Assembly: GCA_043803945.1 (NCBI GenBank)
Contig: JAZDJN010000061.1
Coordinates: 83,182 to 147,181 of the forward strand
DNA: 64,000 bases
Reading direction: 5' to 3'
Source: a bacterium
GTDB lineage: Bacteria > Bacteroidota > Ignavibacteria > UBA10030
Shown: in pieces, positions 32,809 through 43,215 of the stretch
Numbering within the stretch: the stretch's first letter is position 1
Layout: each line of letters starts with the position of its first letter
Made by a program: the position numbers and the translations under genes
Notes under the pieces: generated by a model
The model's database searches: none
What the model saw: the letters and a program-made list of their open reading frames with translations, nothing else
What the model was told of the DNA's origin: nothing

Positions 32809-33459
32809 TTAGATTGAAATAAATTGGTCCTTCTTCATTTTGCATACCGGACACTCAGGCGTTGTGCCGGAAGTGATAATGTATCCACAGTCGGGACAAA
32901 CCTTCACAGCATTTTTTGCGAAGCTAACCTGACCATCATGTTCCATCGGATATTGGAGCAATTCGACATGGCGCTTCTCAACCTCCAGCATTTGTGTAAA
33001 GAGAGCAATGCCTTTCTCAAATCCCTCTTCTTTTGCCTGACGAATCCAGTTGAGCTTGGTCGAGTTTCGCTCGAGGATTTCTGTGTTATATGCATTTTTT
33101 AAACACTGTTGAATGGTCCCAACCTTTACGGGGGAAATTGACGGAGGTTCAGGATGAACGCCGAGACTCTCGAGAAGGGCTGTAAGTTGTGTTGCGTGTA
33201 TTTGTTCTGAGCGAACTATTCCTTTAATCATTGCCGCAATTGCTGGTTTCTTCTCTTGTTCAGCATGGGCGGCAAATTGCTGGCACCACGAGGCACGTTT
33301 TAATGCGGCCTCATAGGCCACCGTAAGATTTTTGACTGATGCAGGGTAGAGTGGCTGTTTTTCTTCCTTCCCTTTGGTGCAACCCGGGAGTATCAACACT
33401 GCCACTGCTATACTCACAATGAGTGAGAAGGTTATTAACTCAAACGATTTTGGATTCAT
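32809..33459 (-). CDS. Rubrerythrin-like protein with a lipoprotein signal peptide
   Basis: LPGC lipobox, EQIH and EKRH, and a C-terminal rubredoxin-like CPDC...CPVC. Confidence 0.78.
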   Translation of the reverse strand: MNPKSFELITFSLIVSIAVAVLILPGCTKGKEEKQPLYPASVKNLTVAYEAALKRASWCQQFAAHAEQEKKPAIAAMIKGIVRSEQIHATQLTALLESLGVHPEPPSISPVKVGTIQQCLKNAYNTEILERNSTKLNWIRQAKEEGFEKGIALFTQMLEVEKRHVELLQYPMEHDGQVSFAKNAVKVCPDCGYIITSGTTPECPVCKMKKDQFISI

Positions 33460-33525
33460 AGCACTTTCCTCCAGACAGAAGTGGATGAAAGACTCCTGAT
33501 GACTTCGATCAGTTCGTGAGAATGT

Positions 33526-33540
33526 GCAAGAATCATTCCA
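33526..33540 (-). promoter_or_regulatory. Putative sigma54 promoter of the rubrerythrin-hydBGDA operon
   Basis: TGGAATGATTCTTGC (GG-N10-GC); TGCTCA-GGTG-TGAGAA at 33600-33615 and TTCTCA half-sites at 33580 and 33631. Confidence 0.65.
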
Positions 33541-33657
33541 CAGCGGAGTCTCTAAATCTGCTACGAATTGTAAATGCCATTCTCAGAAATGGCTCGTTTT
33601 GCTCAGGTGTGAGAAGTGAAAGAACGAAAATTCTCAAACAGGATAAAACAGTCAGGC

Positions 33658-34077
33658 CTATTTACCTTTACGAGATTTCTCATTTTTTGTAATCTTCTTT
33701 GCCGATGAAGCGCAGTGGGTACAAAGTTCAGTGACTGGATTTCTTTTAAGAGAGGAAGAGGTAATGGGCCGATCGCACGCCATGCACCGAATCACCGAGA
33801 GTTTTTTTCTCGCAATCAGGTTATTCAGCTCAGTGCCCTCGTGCAGTTTCGTTTTGCAGACAGCCTTTGGATGTGCTTTGCATAGTTTAACAGTCGAATT
33901 ACAGACAGCGCATACATACTCTTCCGCTTCAGCCAATGCTGTGCGAGGCGGGACTGACGCTAATCGATCCAATGTTTTTTGGACCTTTCCAACAATTACT
34001 GTTCTCGTACTGACTTTCCTTGCCCTGCGCATTTCCCCCTCTCCTCTTCTTCGATCTCTCTTCATCCGAACTTTCAA
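33658..34077 (-). CDS. Small basic protein with a DksA/TraR-type C4 zinc finger
   Basis: Exact CxxC-x17-CxxC (CMAC...CTHC). Start uncertain. Confidence 0.55.
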   Translation of the reverse strand: MKVRMKRDRRRGEGEMRRARKVSTRTVIVGKVQKTLDRLASVPPRTALAEAEEYVCAVCNSTVKLCKAHPKAVCKTKLHEGTELNNLIARKKLSVIRCMACDRPITSSSLKRNPVTELCTHCASSAKKITKNEKSRKGK

Positions 34078-34250
34078 TGCAGCGGGAGGCAGAGGATTCT
34101 CTTACTCCTCCGCTCCTCTCTCAGTTACTTGCTTATGTTACGATGGAACTAAGCAAGATCAGAACATGAGACAGATTTGCGGGCTGGGGCGCACTTGGCG
34201 GTCAGATTTTCTTTCAAAGAGTCTCATTTTATGTTTTTGCGTAACATGAG

Positions 34251-35240
34251 TCACTTATATTGATTCAACGCTTTCATATAATTTGCACGCTCAAACGCAG
34301 AAGGGTTCGGTACTGAAGCGGCACTCATGCTTCCCTTCATCTGTTCCACCGATTCGTACTCTTTCTCTTGCATCCATTTTTCCATCTCGAGCAGTACGGA
34401 GCGTAGATGTTTTGGTCCGTTTTTCAAAATTGCCGAACACATCATCGTGATATCCGCACCAGCCATCAACATCTTGATAACATCTTGGGCGGTATGAATT
34501 CCACTTGTGGCGGCCAGGCTCGCTTTTACCTGGCCTTTGAGTATCGCGATCCAGCGCAGCGGAAGGCGCATTGCATCCGAGGTACTCAGAACCACATTTG
34601 GTTCAACGGCAAGCGAATCAAGATTGATATCGGGCTGATAGAATCTGTTAAAGAGCACCAGTCCATTTGCCCCTGCCTTATCCAACCGGATCGCCATGTG
34701 CGCCATCGAGCTGAAGTAGGGACTGAGCTTGATTGCAACCGGAATATTCACAGACCGTTTCACTTCGTGCAATACGTTGACATAACGGTCCTCAACTTCC
34801 AGGCTTGAGAGTTTGGAATCGGCAGCGATATAGTACACATTCAATTCTATTGCATCCGCTCCCGCTTCTTCCATTTTCTTGGCATAGGATGTCCAACCGC
34901 CGGTAGAGATTCCATTCAAGCTTCCGATCACCGGAATCTCGACCGATCGCTTCGCATCTTGAAGATGCTCGAGGTACTCTTCCGGACCGAGGTTGTATTC
35001 TTCCGTCTTCGGAAAGTAATTGACCGCTTCCGCATAACTTTCTGTACCTTTGACAAGGTAGTGTTCGAGCTCAGCCGCTTCGTGCTCGATTTGTTCCTCA
35101 AAGAGTGAATACATGACAATTGCCGAAGCGCCGGCATCTTCCAGCGCTTTCATGCTATCGAGTGTTTTGGAAAATGGACCGGCTGAGGGCACTAATGGAT
35201 TCTTCAGCTTCAGTCCCAGGTATGTTGTGTTCAGATTCAT
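34251..35240 (-). CDS. Dihydroorotate dehydrogenase-like protein (PFOR-associated)
   Basis: LKNPLV, SLFEEQ, KLSPY, LVLFNRFYQPD and AFERANY; directly downstream of nifJ. Confidence 0.9.
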   Translation of the reverse strand: MNLNTTYLGLKLKNPLVPSAGPFSKTLDSMKALEDAGASAIVMYSLFEEQIEHEAAELEHYLVKGTESYAEAVNYFPKTEEYNLGPEEYLEHLQDAKRSVEIPVIGSLNGISTGGWTSYAKKMEEAGADAIELNVYYIAADSKLSSLEVEDRYVNVLHEVKRSVNIPVAIKLSPYFSSMAHMAIRLDKAGANGLVLFNRFYQPDINLDSLAVEPNVVLSTSDAMRLPLRWIAILKGQVKASLAATSGIHTAQDVIKMLMAGADITMMCSAILKNGPKHLRSVLLEMEKWMQEKEYESVEQMKGSMSAASVPNPSAFERANYMKALNQYK

Positions 35241-35292
35241 ATGGTCACTATCCTTTTATTAGATCGTCAAGACAATGGTTCATCGAACTCCG

Positions 35293-38200
35293 TTACACTG
35301 CTTCAGCTTTTTCTTCAGGCTTGGCACCGCCATCAGAGCCTTTCGCGAGCTGTTCATACATCTCCCACCGTACCTTCACATCATTCTGTGCCAGGACGAG
35401 GAGCTCTTTGGCACGCTCGGGATAGATCTTGGCGAGCATATTGAATCGTGTTTCGATTCCCATAAAGTCCTGCAGTGCTGCCTTTGGCGGTTTGCAATCG
35501 AGCTTGAATGGATTTTTCCCTTCCTTCAGTAATGCAGGATTGTAGCGGAAGATCGGGAAGTATCCGGTTTCCACGGCAAGTTTTTGATTCACCATACCGC
35601 GTCCCATATCGATACCATGGGCAATGCAATGGCTATAAGCGATGATGATGGAAGGACCGGGCCATGCTTCTGCCTCGAGAAATGCCTTGATGGTTTGGGC
35701 ATCATTGGCACCCATCGCGACCCGTGCAACATAGACGTTGCCGTACGCGACAGCCATCATCGAGAGATCTTTTTTCTGTGTCGACTTCCCTGCCGCAGCA
35801 AATTTTGCAATCGCAGCACGTGCAGTGGCTTTCGACATCTGACCGCCGGTATTAGAATACACTTCCGTATCGAGCACGAGAATATTGACATCGCGGCCCG
35901 ATGCGATCACATGATCCAATCCGCCGTAGCCAATGTCGTAAGCCCAGCCGTCACCGCCCATAATCCAGATACTTCGCTTCACAAGATTATCGGCCAGGCT
36001 GAGAAGGCTTTTTGCTTCCGGAGAATTCATCGCGCCAACCTTTTCCTTCAATTGCTGGACACGCAGACGCTGTTCATAGATACCAGCTTCATCGCTTTGT
36101 TTGGCCACAATGATCTGTTCGGCAAGTTCGGTACCGATCTCCGCTGAGAGTTTCGCAACCAGTTCGATTGCCATCTCAGTATGCTTGTCCACAGTAAGGC
36201 GCATGCCCAAACCGAACTCCGCGTTATCCTCAAAGAGTGAGTTCGACCATGCCGGTCCCCGTCCATCCTTATTCTTCGACCACGGCGTCGTTGGCAGGTT
36301 GCCACCATAGATGGAGGAACAACCCGTTGCATTAGCCACGATAGCGCGATCGCCAAATAATTGACTGACGAGTTTAACATACGGAGTCTCGCCGCAGCCG
36401 GAGCATGCACCGGAGAATTCAAACAGCGGTTGCAGGAACTGGCTGCCTTTCACGGTGTCGACTTTTACCTTACGCCGATCGACATCGGGGATATTGAGGA
36501 AGAAGTTAAAATTCTCTCGCTCCTGTTCGCGGATCGGAGGCTGCGGTGTCATGTTGATCGCTTTCACCTTGACTTCCTTCTTGCTCTTCGCCGGACAAAC
36601 ATCGACACAGAGTTCGCAGCCGGTACAATCTTCAGGCGCGACCTGGATCGTATACTTCATTCCCTTGTACTCATTTCCCTTGAAGTCCATTGACTTGAAT
36701 GCGGAGGGAGCAGAATTCAATGTCGCCAGCTCGTACACTTTGGCACGGATGGCAGCATGGGGACAGACCAGAACGCACTTATTGCATTGAATACAGATAT
36801 CGGGCACCCAGGACGGAATGTCCAGCGCAATATTTCGTTTCTCAAATGCTGTAGTTCCCGTCGGGAAGGTACCATCAACCGGGAATGCACTTACCGGTAA
36901 TGCATCGCCTGCACCGGAAATGATTGTTGCTATAACATGCTCGATAAATTCTGGAGCTTTTCCCCAGATTGCCGGTACCTTCTCAATAGTACCGGTTGCT
37001 TCCGCCGGAACCTTGACTTCAAACATGTTGGCAAGTGTAGCGTCGACCGCTGCGAAGTTCTTCTTCACAATCTCTTCGCCTTTTCGCCCATAGGTCTTCT
37101 TGATGGAACGTTTGATGGCTTCAATTGCCTCGTCACGGGGAAGCACACCGGAAATGGCAAAGAAGCAGGTCTGCATGATGGTATTGACCCTGCCGCCCAT
37201 ACCGGTTTGCTGTGCTACCTTATAGCCGTCGATGACATAAAATTTTAACTGCTTGCTGACAATTTCATTCTGAATGTGGCGCGGCAGTTTGTCCCACACT
37301 TCCTCCGGTCCAGACAAACTATTCAACAGGAATGTACCACCCTTCTTAATCGTCTCGAGAACATTCATCTTCTCGAGGAAAACCCATTGATGGCATGCGA
37401 CAAAACTTGCTTTCGAAATCAGGTAGGTGGAGTGAATGGGGCGCGGGCCGAAACGAAGATGCGAAGTTGTCATTGTGCCCGACTTCTTCGAGTCGTACAC
37501 AAAATATCCCTGTGCATAGTTCTCGGTATCCTCACCGATAATCTTGATGGAGTTTTTATTCGCTCCCACCGTTCCATCGGCACCAAGGCCGTAGAAGACG
37601 GCCCGGATCACATCGTCCGGTTCGACGGAGAAATCGGGATCAAACGGCAGACTCGAGTGGGTAACATCGTCTTCGATTCCGACAACAAAATGATTTTTAG
37701 GTTTCTCCTTCTTCATTTCATCGAACACCGCTTTGACCATTGCGGGAGTAAATTCCTTTGAGGAGAGTCCATAGCGGCCGCCAATCACCTTCGGGAATGA
37801 TTTTAACGGACACGATCCCGCACCGAATGATTCTGTTAGAGCGGTAATGATATCGAGGTAGAGCGGATCGCCTGCTGCTCCCGGTTCCTTTGTCCGATCG
37901 AGCACGGCGATATTTTTCACTGTTACAGGCAGAGCATTTACAAACGCTTCAATGGAGAATGGCCGGTACAAACGAACTTTGAGCAGGCCAATTTTCTCTC
38001 CCTGTTTCGAGAGATAGTCAACGGTTTCAATCGCTGCTTCAGCACCGGAACCCATGATGATGATAACGCGTTCAGCATCCGGAGCGCCATAGTAATCGAA
38101 TAAGTGATATTGGCGTCCGACAATCTTCGCGAACCTATTCATTGTCGCCTGGACAATACCTGGCGTGGCATCATAGAATGGATTCATGGTCTCGCGAGCT

Positions 38201-38913
38201 TGGAAGAAGACATCAGGATTTTGTGCCGTTCCGCGAAGCACGGGCCGCTCCGGTGTGAGCGCACGCTCACGGTGTTTCCGTACCAAATCATCGTCAATCA
38301 TTGCCCGCAGATCTTCATCGGCTAATTGCTCGATCTTCATCACTTCGTGCGATGAACGGAATCCATCAAAGAAATGGAGAAACGGGACGCGTGCTTCCAA
38401 TGTCGCTGCTGTCGATATCAAAGTAAAATCCATGACCTCCTGCACCGAACAGGAACTCAACATCGCCCAGCCTGTCGAACGGGTTGACATCACGTCACTG
38501 TGATCTCCAAAGATGGAGAGCGCGTGAGTGGCTACCGTCCGTGCTGCGATGTGGAAGACCGTCGAGGTGAGCTCACCGGCGATCTTGAACATGTTCGGGA
38601 TCATCAACAACAATCCCTGTGATGCCGTGAATGTGGTTGAGAGAGCACCGGTTTGCAGTGCACCATGCACGGCGCCCGCAGCACCTCCTTCACTCTGCAT
38701 CTCAACCACCAGCGGAATGGTGCCCCATAAATTCTTTCTTCCCTGGGCCGACCACTCATCTGCCCATTCTCCCATGTTTGATGAAGGAGTAATGGGGTAA
38801 ATTGCAATGACCTCACTAAGCTTATGTGCAACATAGGCAGCAGCTTCATTACCATCAATGGTAACATGCTTGCGCTGCACTGTTGTTTTGGTTGTGGATG
38901 GTAAATTTTCCAT
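35293..38913 (-). CDS. nifJ: Pyruvate:ferredoxin/flavodoxin oxidoreductase
   Basis: YPITPSS, GADGTVGANK, two ferredoxin motifs, GACSGCGE and GGDGWAYDIG. Confidence 0.97.
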   Translation of the reverse strand: MENLPSTTKTTVQRKHVTIDGNEAAAYVAHKLSEVIAIYPITPSSNMGEWADEWSAQGRKNLWGTIPLVVEMQSEGGAAGAVHGALQTGALSTTFTASQGLLLMIPNMFKIAGELTSTVFHIAARTVATHALSIFGDHSDVMSTRSTGWAMLSSCSVQEVMDFTLISTAATLEARVPFLHFFDGFRSSHEVMKIEQLADEDLRAMIDDDLVRKHRERALTPERPVLRGTAQNPDVFFQARETMNPFYDATPGIVQATMNRFAKIVGRQYHLFDYYGAPDAERVIIIMGSGAEAAIETVDYLSKQGEKIGLLKVRLYRPFSIEAFVNALPVTVKNIAVLDRTKEPGAAGDPLYLDIITALTESFGAGSCPLKSFPKVIGGRYGLSSKEFTPAMVKAVFDEMKKEKPKNHFVVGIEDDVTHSSLPFDPDFSVEPDDVIRAVFYGLGADGTVGANKNSIKIIGEDTENYAQGYFVYDSKKSGTMTTSHLRFGPRPIHSTYLISKASFVACHQWVFLEKMNVLETIKKGGTFLLNSLSGPEEVWDKLPRHIQNEIVSKQLKFYVIDGYKVAQQTGMGGRVNTIMQTCFFAISGVLPRDEAIEAIKRSIKKTYGRKGEEIVKKNFAAVDATLANMFEVKVPAEATGTIEKVPAIWGKAPEFIEHVIATIISGAGDALPVSAFPVDGTFPTGTTAFEKRNIALDIPSWVPDICIQCNKCVLVCPHAAIRAKVYELATLNSAPSAFKSMDFKGNEYKGMKYTIQVAPEDCTGCELCVDVCPAKSKKEVKVKAINMTPQPPIREQERENFNFFLNIPDVDRRKVKVDTVKGSQFLQPLFEFSGACSGCGETPYVKLVSQLFGDRAIVANATGCSSIYGGNLPTTPWSKNKDGRGPAWSNSLFEDNAEFGLGMRLTVDKHTEMAIELVAKLSAEIGTELAEQIIVAKQSDEAGIYEQRLRVQQLKEKVGAMNSPEAKSLLSLADNLVKRSIWIMGGDGWAYDIGYGGLDHVIASGRDVNILVLDTEVYSNTGGQMSKATARAAIAKFAAAGKSTQKKDLSMMAVAYGNVYVARVAMGANDAQTIKAFLEAEAWPGPSIIIAYSHCIAHGIDMGRGMVNQKLAVETGYFPIFRYNPALLKEGKNPFKLDCKPPKAALQDFMGIETRFNMLAKIYPERAKELLVLAQNDVKVRWEMYEQLAKGSDGGAKPEEKAEAV

Positions 38914-39079
38914 TGTCTGTTCTTACCTCTTGATATGTCTGACGTCGTTATTAGTATCGCACTATTCTAATCGAATGTTGCAAAGAAACGAACCAAGATT
39001 CAATGGTTTTTTCTTTGAATACGAAAATTATTTTCTCGTCGAAAATCCGGATGTTTCAGTAATGAGAATGAAGCCCTCC

Positions 39080-40039
39080 TTAAGCATAGATTTGCGAAGA
39101 GAGTTCCTTCGCCCGAAAGAATTGCTGCCCTTCAAACCAAAAGGCAATAATCTTTCCGCTGCTTTCCAATTCTTGAAGCAATCTCGCCAAGGTGCCCTGC
39201 GGTAAGTGGAGGGCTGATGCCATTCCCTCAACCGTCATGGCACGCATCTGAAGCAGCCGGATTGCGGCATCCTCACCAATATCGCTCTGCTGGGGATCAC
39301 ACTTTCTTGAATAATGCCCGATGATCTCACATCGCCCGCCGAGGAATGAGTTGATTTCCTGCAAGCGTTTCTCATCCACAGGTTCGGCGGAAGAATCGGC
39401 CGGAGGGCGCACGACAGTGTTCAATTGAATTTTGTGAGGATTCAGCCTCTCTATGACAGCCTTTAATTGTTGTATCTCGGTATCAGTGTCATTAATTCCT
39501 TTGGCAAAAAGAATTTCCAGCCACAATTGGCCTTTATACTGCTTGCGAAAGGCAACCATACCATCTATCATTTGAGAGAGTGAAAGCTTTGGGTGCGGTC
39601 GATTGATTTTTAAAAAAACCTCCTCGGTGGCAGCATCCAACGATGGAATAACAACATCCGCCTGTTTGAGATCTTCACGGACGTCTGGAAGATGGAGTAA
39701 CGTGCCATTCGTAATAACACAGACCGGTATACCTGTCTTCTTCTTAAGTGTGTCAATCATAACTCCGAGCCCCGAATGCAGCGTCGGTTCTCCCGAACCC
39801 GAAAAGGTGAGATAATCAATTGTTCCCAGAGTTTGCAGAGCATCGAACACTTCAGCCAGCACCTCGTCTGTCGGATAATATTCTTTCCTGAGAAGAGTTT
39901 TCTTGTCTGTCTCTCCAACCTCACAATAGATACAATCAAGCGTGCAAGTCTTGAATGGGATGATATCGACACCTAGCGAGAGCCCCAATCGGCGTGAAGG
40001 GACAGGACCAAAGATATGCTTAGAGTGTCGATTCATCAC
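39080..40039 (-). CDS. Radical SAM protein (Tyw1-like family)
   Basis: FGPVPSRRLGLSLG, CTLDCIYC and GSGEPTL. Confidence 0.88.
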   Translation of the reverse strand: MMNRHSKHIFGPVPSRRLGLSLGVDIIPFKTCTLDCIYCEVGETDKKTLLRKEYYPTDEVLAEVFDALQTLGTIDYLTFSGSGEPTLHSGLGVMIDTLKKKTGIPVCVITNGTLLHLPDVREDLKQADVVIPSLDAATEEVFLKINRPHPKLSLSQMIDGMVAFRKQYKGQLWLEILFAKGINDTDTEIQQLKAVIERLNPHKIQLNTVVRPPADSSAEPVDEKRLQEINSFLGGRCEIIGHYSRKCDPQQSDIGEDAAIRLLQMRAMTVEGMASALHLPQGTLARLLQELESSGKIIAFWFEGQQFFRAKELSSQIYA

Positions 40040-40113
40040 AATTCAATTTGCTGGTTACTGTTGGATGGGAAAGAAGGAGATTGGGTGGATAAGGAGAGAA
40101 GACCATACACTGC

Positions 40114-40563
40114 TTAAAGTCTTTCTCCACCCGATGATGGGTTAACGAGAACATTTTCGACGACCTGTCGGATAAGCTCTACATTAATCGGTTTATAAAA
40201 GACATACTTACTGAGTTTCTCGATTGCGAGTTCGACATCCGGCTTGGCTTGTGAATAGCCGCGAAGGATGACCATTGGAACCACGGAAAGAGATTCTTTC
40301 AGTACAGTCACCTGCCGGAGAATATCACTTGAAAATGAATAGAGGTCGATGAGAAGAAGCTGGGGATTTGCTTCATGGATGCGTGCAGAGAGTTTCTCTA
40401 ATTTTGTTTCGCATTCAACTTCGTAACGATCTTCGAGCAGCATTTGAAGGCTTTGTGCGAGCATAGGATCAGGGCTAAAGATCAGTACTTTCTTTCGTTC
40501 GATCTTCTGACTTATTTGCACCTGTTGGCCCATTATTTGAGTTTGATTGGCAGGTTGAATCAT
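40114..40563 (-). CDS. Atypical single-domain response-regulator receiver
   Basis: KVLIF, LLLIDL and YKP; AGGAG ribosome-binding site before ATG 40563. Confidence 0.65.
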   Translation of the reverse strand: MIQPANQTQIMGQQVQISQKIERKKVLIFSPDPMLAQSLQMLLEDRYEVECETKLEKLSARIHEANPQLLLIDLYSFSSDILRQVTVLKESLSVVPMVILRGYSQAKPDVELAIEKLSKYVFYKPINVELIRQVVENVLVNPSSGGERL

Positions 40564-40592
40564 AGCACTATGCTTCTCCTGCCTAAAAACCT

Positions 40593-40607
40593 TCAAGATT
40601 TATGCCA
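40593..40607 (-). promoter_or_regulatory. Putative sigma54 promoter for the receiver gene
   Basis: TGGCATAAATCTTGA (GG-N10-GA); TTCTCA and TTCCCA half-sites at 40680 and 40702. Confidence 0.6.
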
Positions 40608-40844
40608 AATGTGAATAGAGGCAAAAAAACCGCCGCAAGGGACTATTTCGACTTGTTGAGTTTGATTTTATAAGCTGAATTCTCAGTTTCCGATAACTGT
40701 TTTCCCATTTCTCAAAAAGCGTAATCACCTAAGCCAATGAAGGGCTCATTGCATTTTTCTTGGATATTCCTTCAACAATTGAGTTAATTTTCAACAGTTG
40801 GATTAGAGCGTTTGTTACAATGAGAGATTTGTATTTCAGGACTC

Positions 40845-40881
40845 AAAAAAAAGCGCGGAGCAGATATTCGCTCCACGCTTT
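40845..40881 (-). terminator. Intrinsic terminator after multiheme gene 1
   Basis: AAAGCGCGGAGC...GCTCCACGCTTT hairpin with an A8 run. Confidence 0.75.
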
Positions 40882-40905
40882 CTATTGAACAACAATCAGA
40901 AGATA

Positions 40906-43086
40906 TTATTTCATTAATGTCATCTTCTTTGCAGCAACAAAATCGCCAGCTTCAATGCGATAGATATACACACCGCTGGAGACTGTCTTGCCATCATCGG
41001 TCCTGCCATTCCACATTGCACGATGGTTACCGGCAGACATTTCCTGATTCACCAATGTCGCAACGACCCGGCCCATAATATCATAGACCACGAGCTTCAT
41101 CTTGGCTGCTTTTGGCAGAGCAAAGCGGATCTCGGTCGTTGGATTGAATGGATTTGGATAGTTCTGGCTTAACTCATAGACCTGAGGAATTGGCATTGGG
41201 TCCATTTGAGTATTTGTCACAACGCCGAATGAAGCACGAAGCAGAGCAACAGCATACTTCGGATTATGAACTCCCCCGCTCATATCATACTTCACGTAAT
41301 TGTAATTAAATACCGCAGCCAGCATCGTTGCATAATTGAGTTTCTTTGTACTGGCCCAATTTTTTGCTGCAATTGAATCGACAGCATTTGCTCCAATGAC
41401 CTCTCCTGCAGCGTCGACCGGTAAATTGGCTTTTAACTTTTTCATCAAGCCATTGATTTCAGTCATGGATCCATCGATCTTGCCATTTCCATCATAATCA
41501 TACATGGCTTTGATATCATCAAATTTTGTAATAGGACCATGGCATTCAACACATCCTTCAACCTTTTCAACACCGTTCTCGACCATTCCCATGGCGTGGT
41601 CACCCTGCAGCTTCGTATAGGTCGGAGTTACCTTTCGTTCCGACATATGACATGCCACACATCCATCCTTCACGTTGCCATGTGTTGATACGCCTTCCAA
41701 TCCCATACCAAAATCCCATCCCTGAGTTCCCATGATCATGTCAGCCTGAGAACTGTAGTGAGGATAAAATCGTGCACTGAATCGGCCGGCTTGATTTTTC
41801 ACAGTCGTAGCGTAGTTCGCCCTGCCACGATGACAGTTCATGCAGAGTTGACCCTTACCCCCTTTTCCAGAAGGAATTTTGAACCCATTTGCGAGTGTGT
41901 CAATCTTCATATATCGCAAGAGGTACGGATTTGAATTTCCGTGACCATCATGACAGACTGCGCATGAGATAGACTTGAAATTCGGATCTACTTTTGCAGA
42001 ATCAGCTGTCGTTGTTGCGCGTCCGGCTGACCAGGCAGACGTAAATGAGATAAATGCAGAGCCATTGTGACAAGGCCAGCATCCCGATCGATTCGATTCA
42101 CCAGCGCTCAGCCGCATATTCGAGTGAGCAGATTCTCTCCAATAATATCCTATGCTGTGTGAACGTGGCGAATCGTGACATTGATTGCACACACCAGCAT
42201 CCGCACTTACACTAATAGCCGATTTACTGCCATTCGTTGCATGGTTCGCAGCGGGGCCGTGGCAAGTCTCGCAACCGATTGATCCTGTTGCTATTAATGC
42301 AGGTGAGAGCATTTTATAAACTGTTGAATCCTTATATCCAATCAAGTAATCTCCACCCGCCAACGGCAGTCCCTTCCACCATGTAGAATCAAATGATGCG
42401 GGCTGACCCTGATTGGCGATCCAGCCAAAATTGCCATTATTGGTCTTTGACTCCCAGCCTGTTGTATGACATTTGAAGCAGCTCTTTGTATAGACACCCT
42501 TATATCCGGTGCCTTCGCTATTCTCTAATTGTCCTGTCATTCCACGCGCAAAGATGGTTGCATGCACAGAGGATTTCCATGTAGTGACATTTGCCTGAAA
42601 TGCTGGAACAGCGAAAGTGTGGCATCCGCACGAAGCTTGTGTGGAGGTAAAGCCAGCATAGGTACTGGCAAAAAGAGTATCGTTGTGGGTTTTTATTCCG
42701 TTTGCACTTACCTGGACGATATAGCGTCCTGCAAGATCAGGTTTGAATGTAACGGAGTCTTTGGTAGTGCTGCTGAAAGAAACGTTTGATCCAGGTGGTT
42801 TCTCTACAAATGTCCAGGCCAAAGTCGTTACCTTTGTGGCTCCGGAACCAACCGTATCAGCTTTCAGGTACATTAACATTCCAACAGGTATCGTTCGCAG
42901 GCCTGTAGAAACATAGTTTGGAGTACCGGCAGGCGGAGATGAAAAATTAGGATATCCTGAGCTTCTCATTCCAGGAGACATCGCCACCCTCTTCACTGCG
43001 ACAGCCTGTGCATATGCTTCTACCATCATTCCGGTAAGAAGCAATACGACAAGTAAAAAACTCAAAACTCGAATCGCTCGTTTCAT
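40906..43086 (-). CDS. Secreted multiheme cytochrome c with a T9SS-type C-terminal domain (paralog 1)
   Basis: Sec signal ending in AYA-Q, Ig/PKD-like segment, 8 CxxCH plus 1 CxCH, DMSGGVHNPKYA, and QNYPNPFNP...SSGVYIYRI...KKMTLMK. Confidence 0.9.
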   Translation of the reverse strand: MKRAIRVLSFLLVVLLLTGMMVEAYAQAVAVKRVAMSPGMRSSGYPNFSSPPAGTPNYVSTGLRTIPVGMLMYLKADTVGSGATKVTTLAWTFVEKPPGSNVSFSSTTKDSVTFKPDLAGRYIVQVSANGIKTHNDTLFASTYAGFTSTQASCGCHTFAVPAFQANVTTWKSSVHATIFARGMTGQLENSEGTGYKGVYTKSCFKCHTTGWESKTNNGNFGWIANQGQPASFDSTWWKGLPLAGGDYLIGYKDSTVYKMLSPALIATGSIGCETCHGPAANHATNGSKSAISVSADAGVCNQCHDSPRSHSIGYYWRESAHSNMRLSAGESNRSGCWPCHNGSAFISFTSAWSAGRATTTADSAKVDPNFKSISCAVCHDGHGNSNPYLLRYMKIDTLANGFKIPSGKGGKGQLCMNCHRGRANYATTVKNQAGRFSARFYPHYSSQADMIMGTQGWDFGMGLEGVSTHGNVKDGCVACHMSERKVTPTYTKLQGDHAMGMVENGVEKVEGCVECHGPITKFDDIKAMYDYDGNGKIDGSMTEINGLMKKLKANLPVDAAGEVIGANAVDSIAAKNWASTKKLNYATMLAAVFNYNYVKYDMSGGVHNPKYAVALLRASFGVVTNTQMDPMPIPQVYELSQNYPNPFNPTTEIRFALPKAAKMKLVVYDIMGRVVATLVNQEMSAGNHRAMWNGRTDDGKTVSSGVYIYRIEAGDFVAAKKMTLMK

Positions 43087-43200
43087 GAGCACCTCTTTGT
43101 TTGTGTTGATGGGAAAATATTTTTTTTGCAACCTCTCGAATCCGTCCAATCGAAGCGCTGATGTGATAGATTGAACGGTATCTGATAATCAACAAAAAAC

Positions 43201-43215
43201 TCAATAATTGTACCA
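43201..43215 (-). promoter_or_regulatory. Putative sigma54 promoter of multiheme gene 1
   Basis: TGGTACAATTATTGA (GG-N10-GA); ATACCA-ATAA-TGAGAA at 43332-43347. Confidence 0.6.

Noticed and set aside
38980-38995. sigma54 promoter for nifJ (TGGTTCGTTTCTTTGC)
   Set aside because: GG-to-GC spacing is 11 rather than the strict 10, so it was not called despite the nearby palindrome at 39053.
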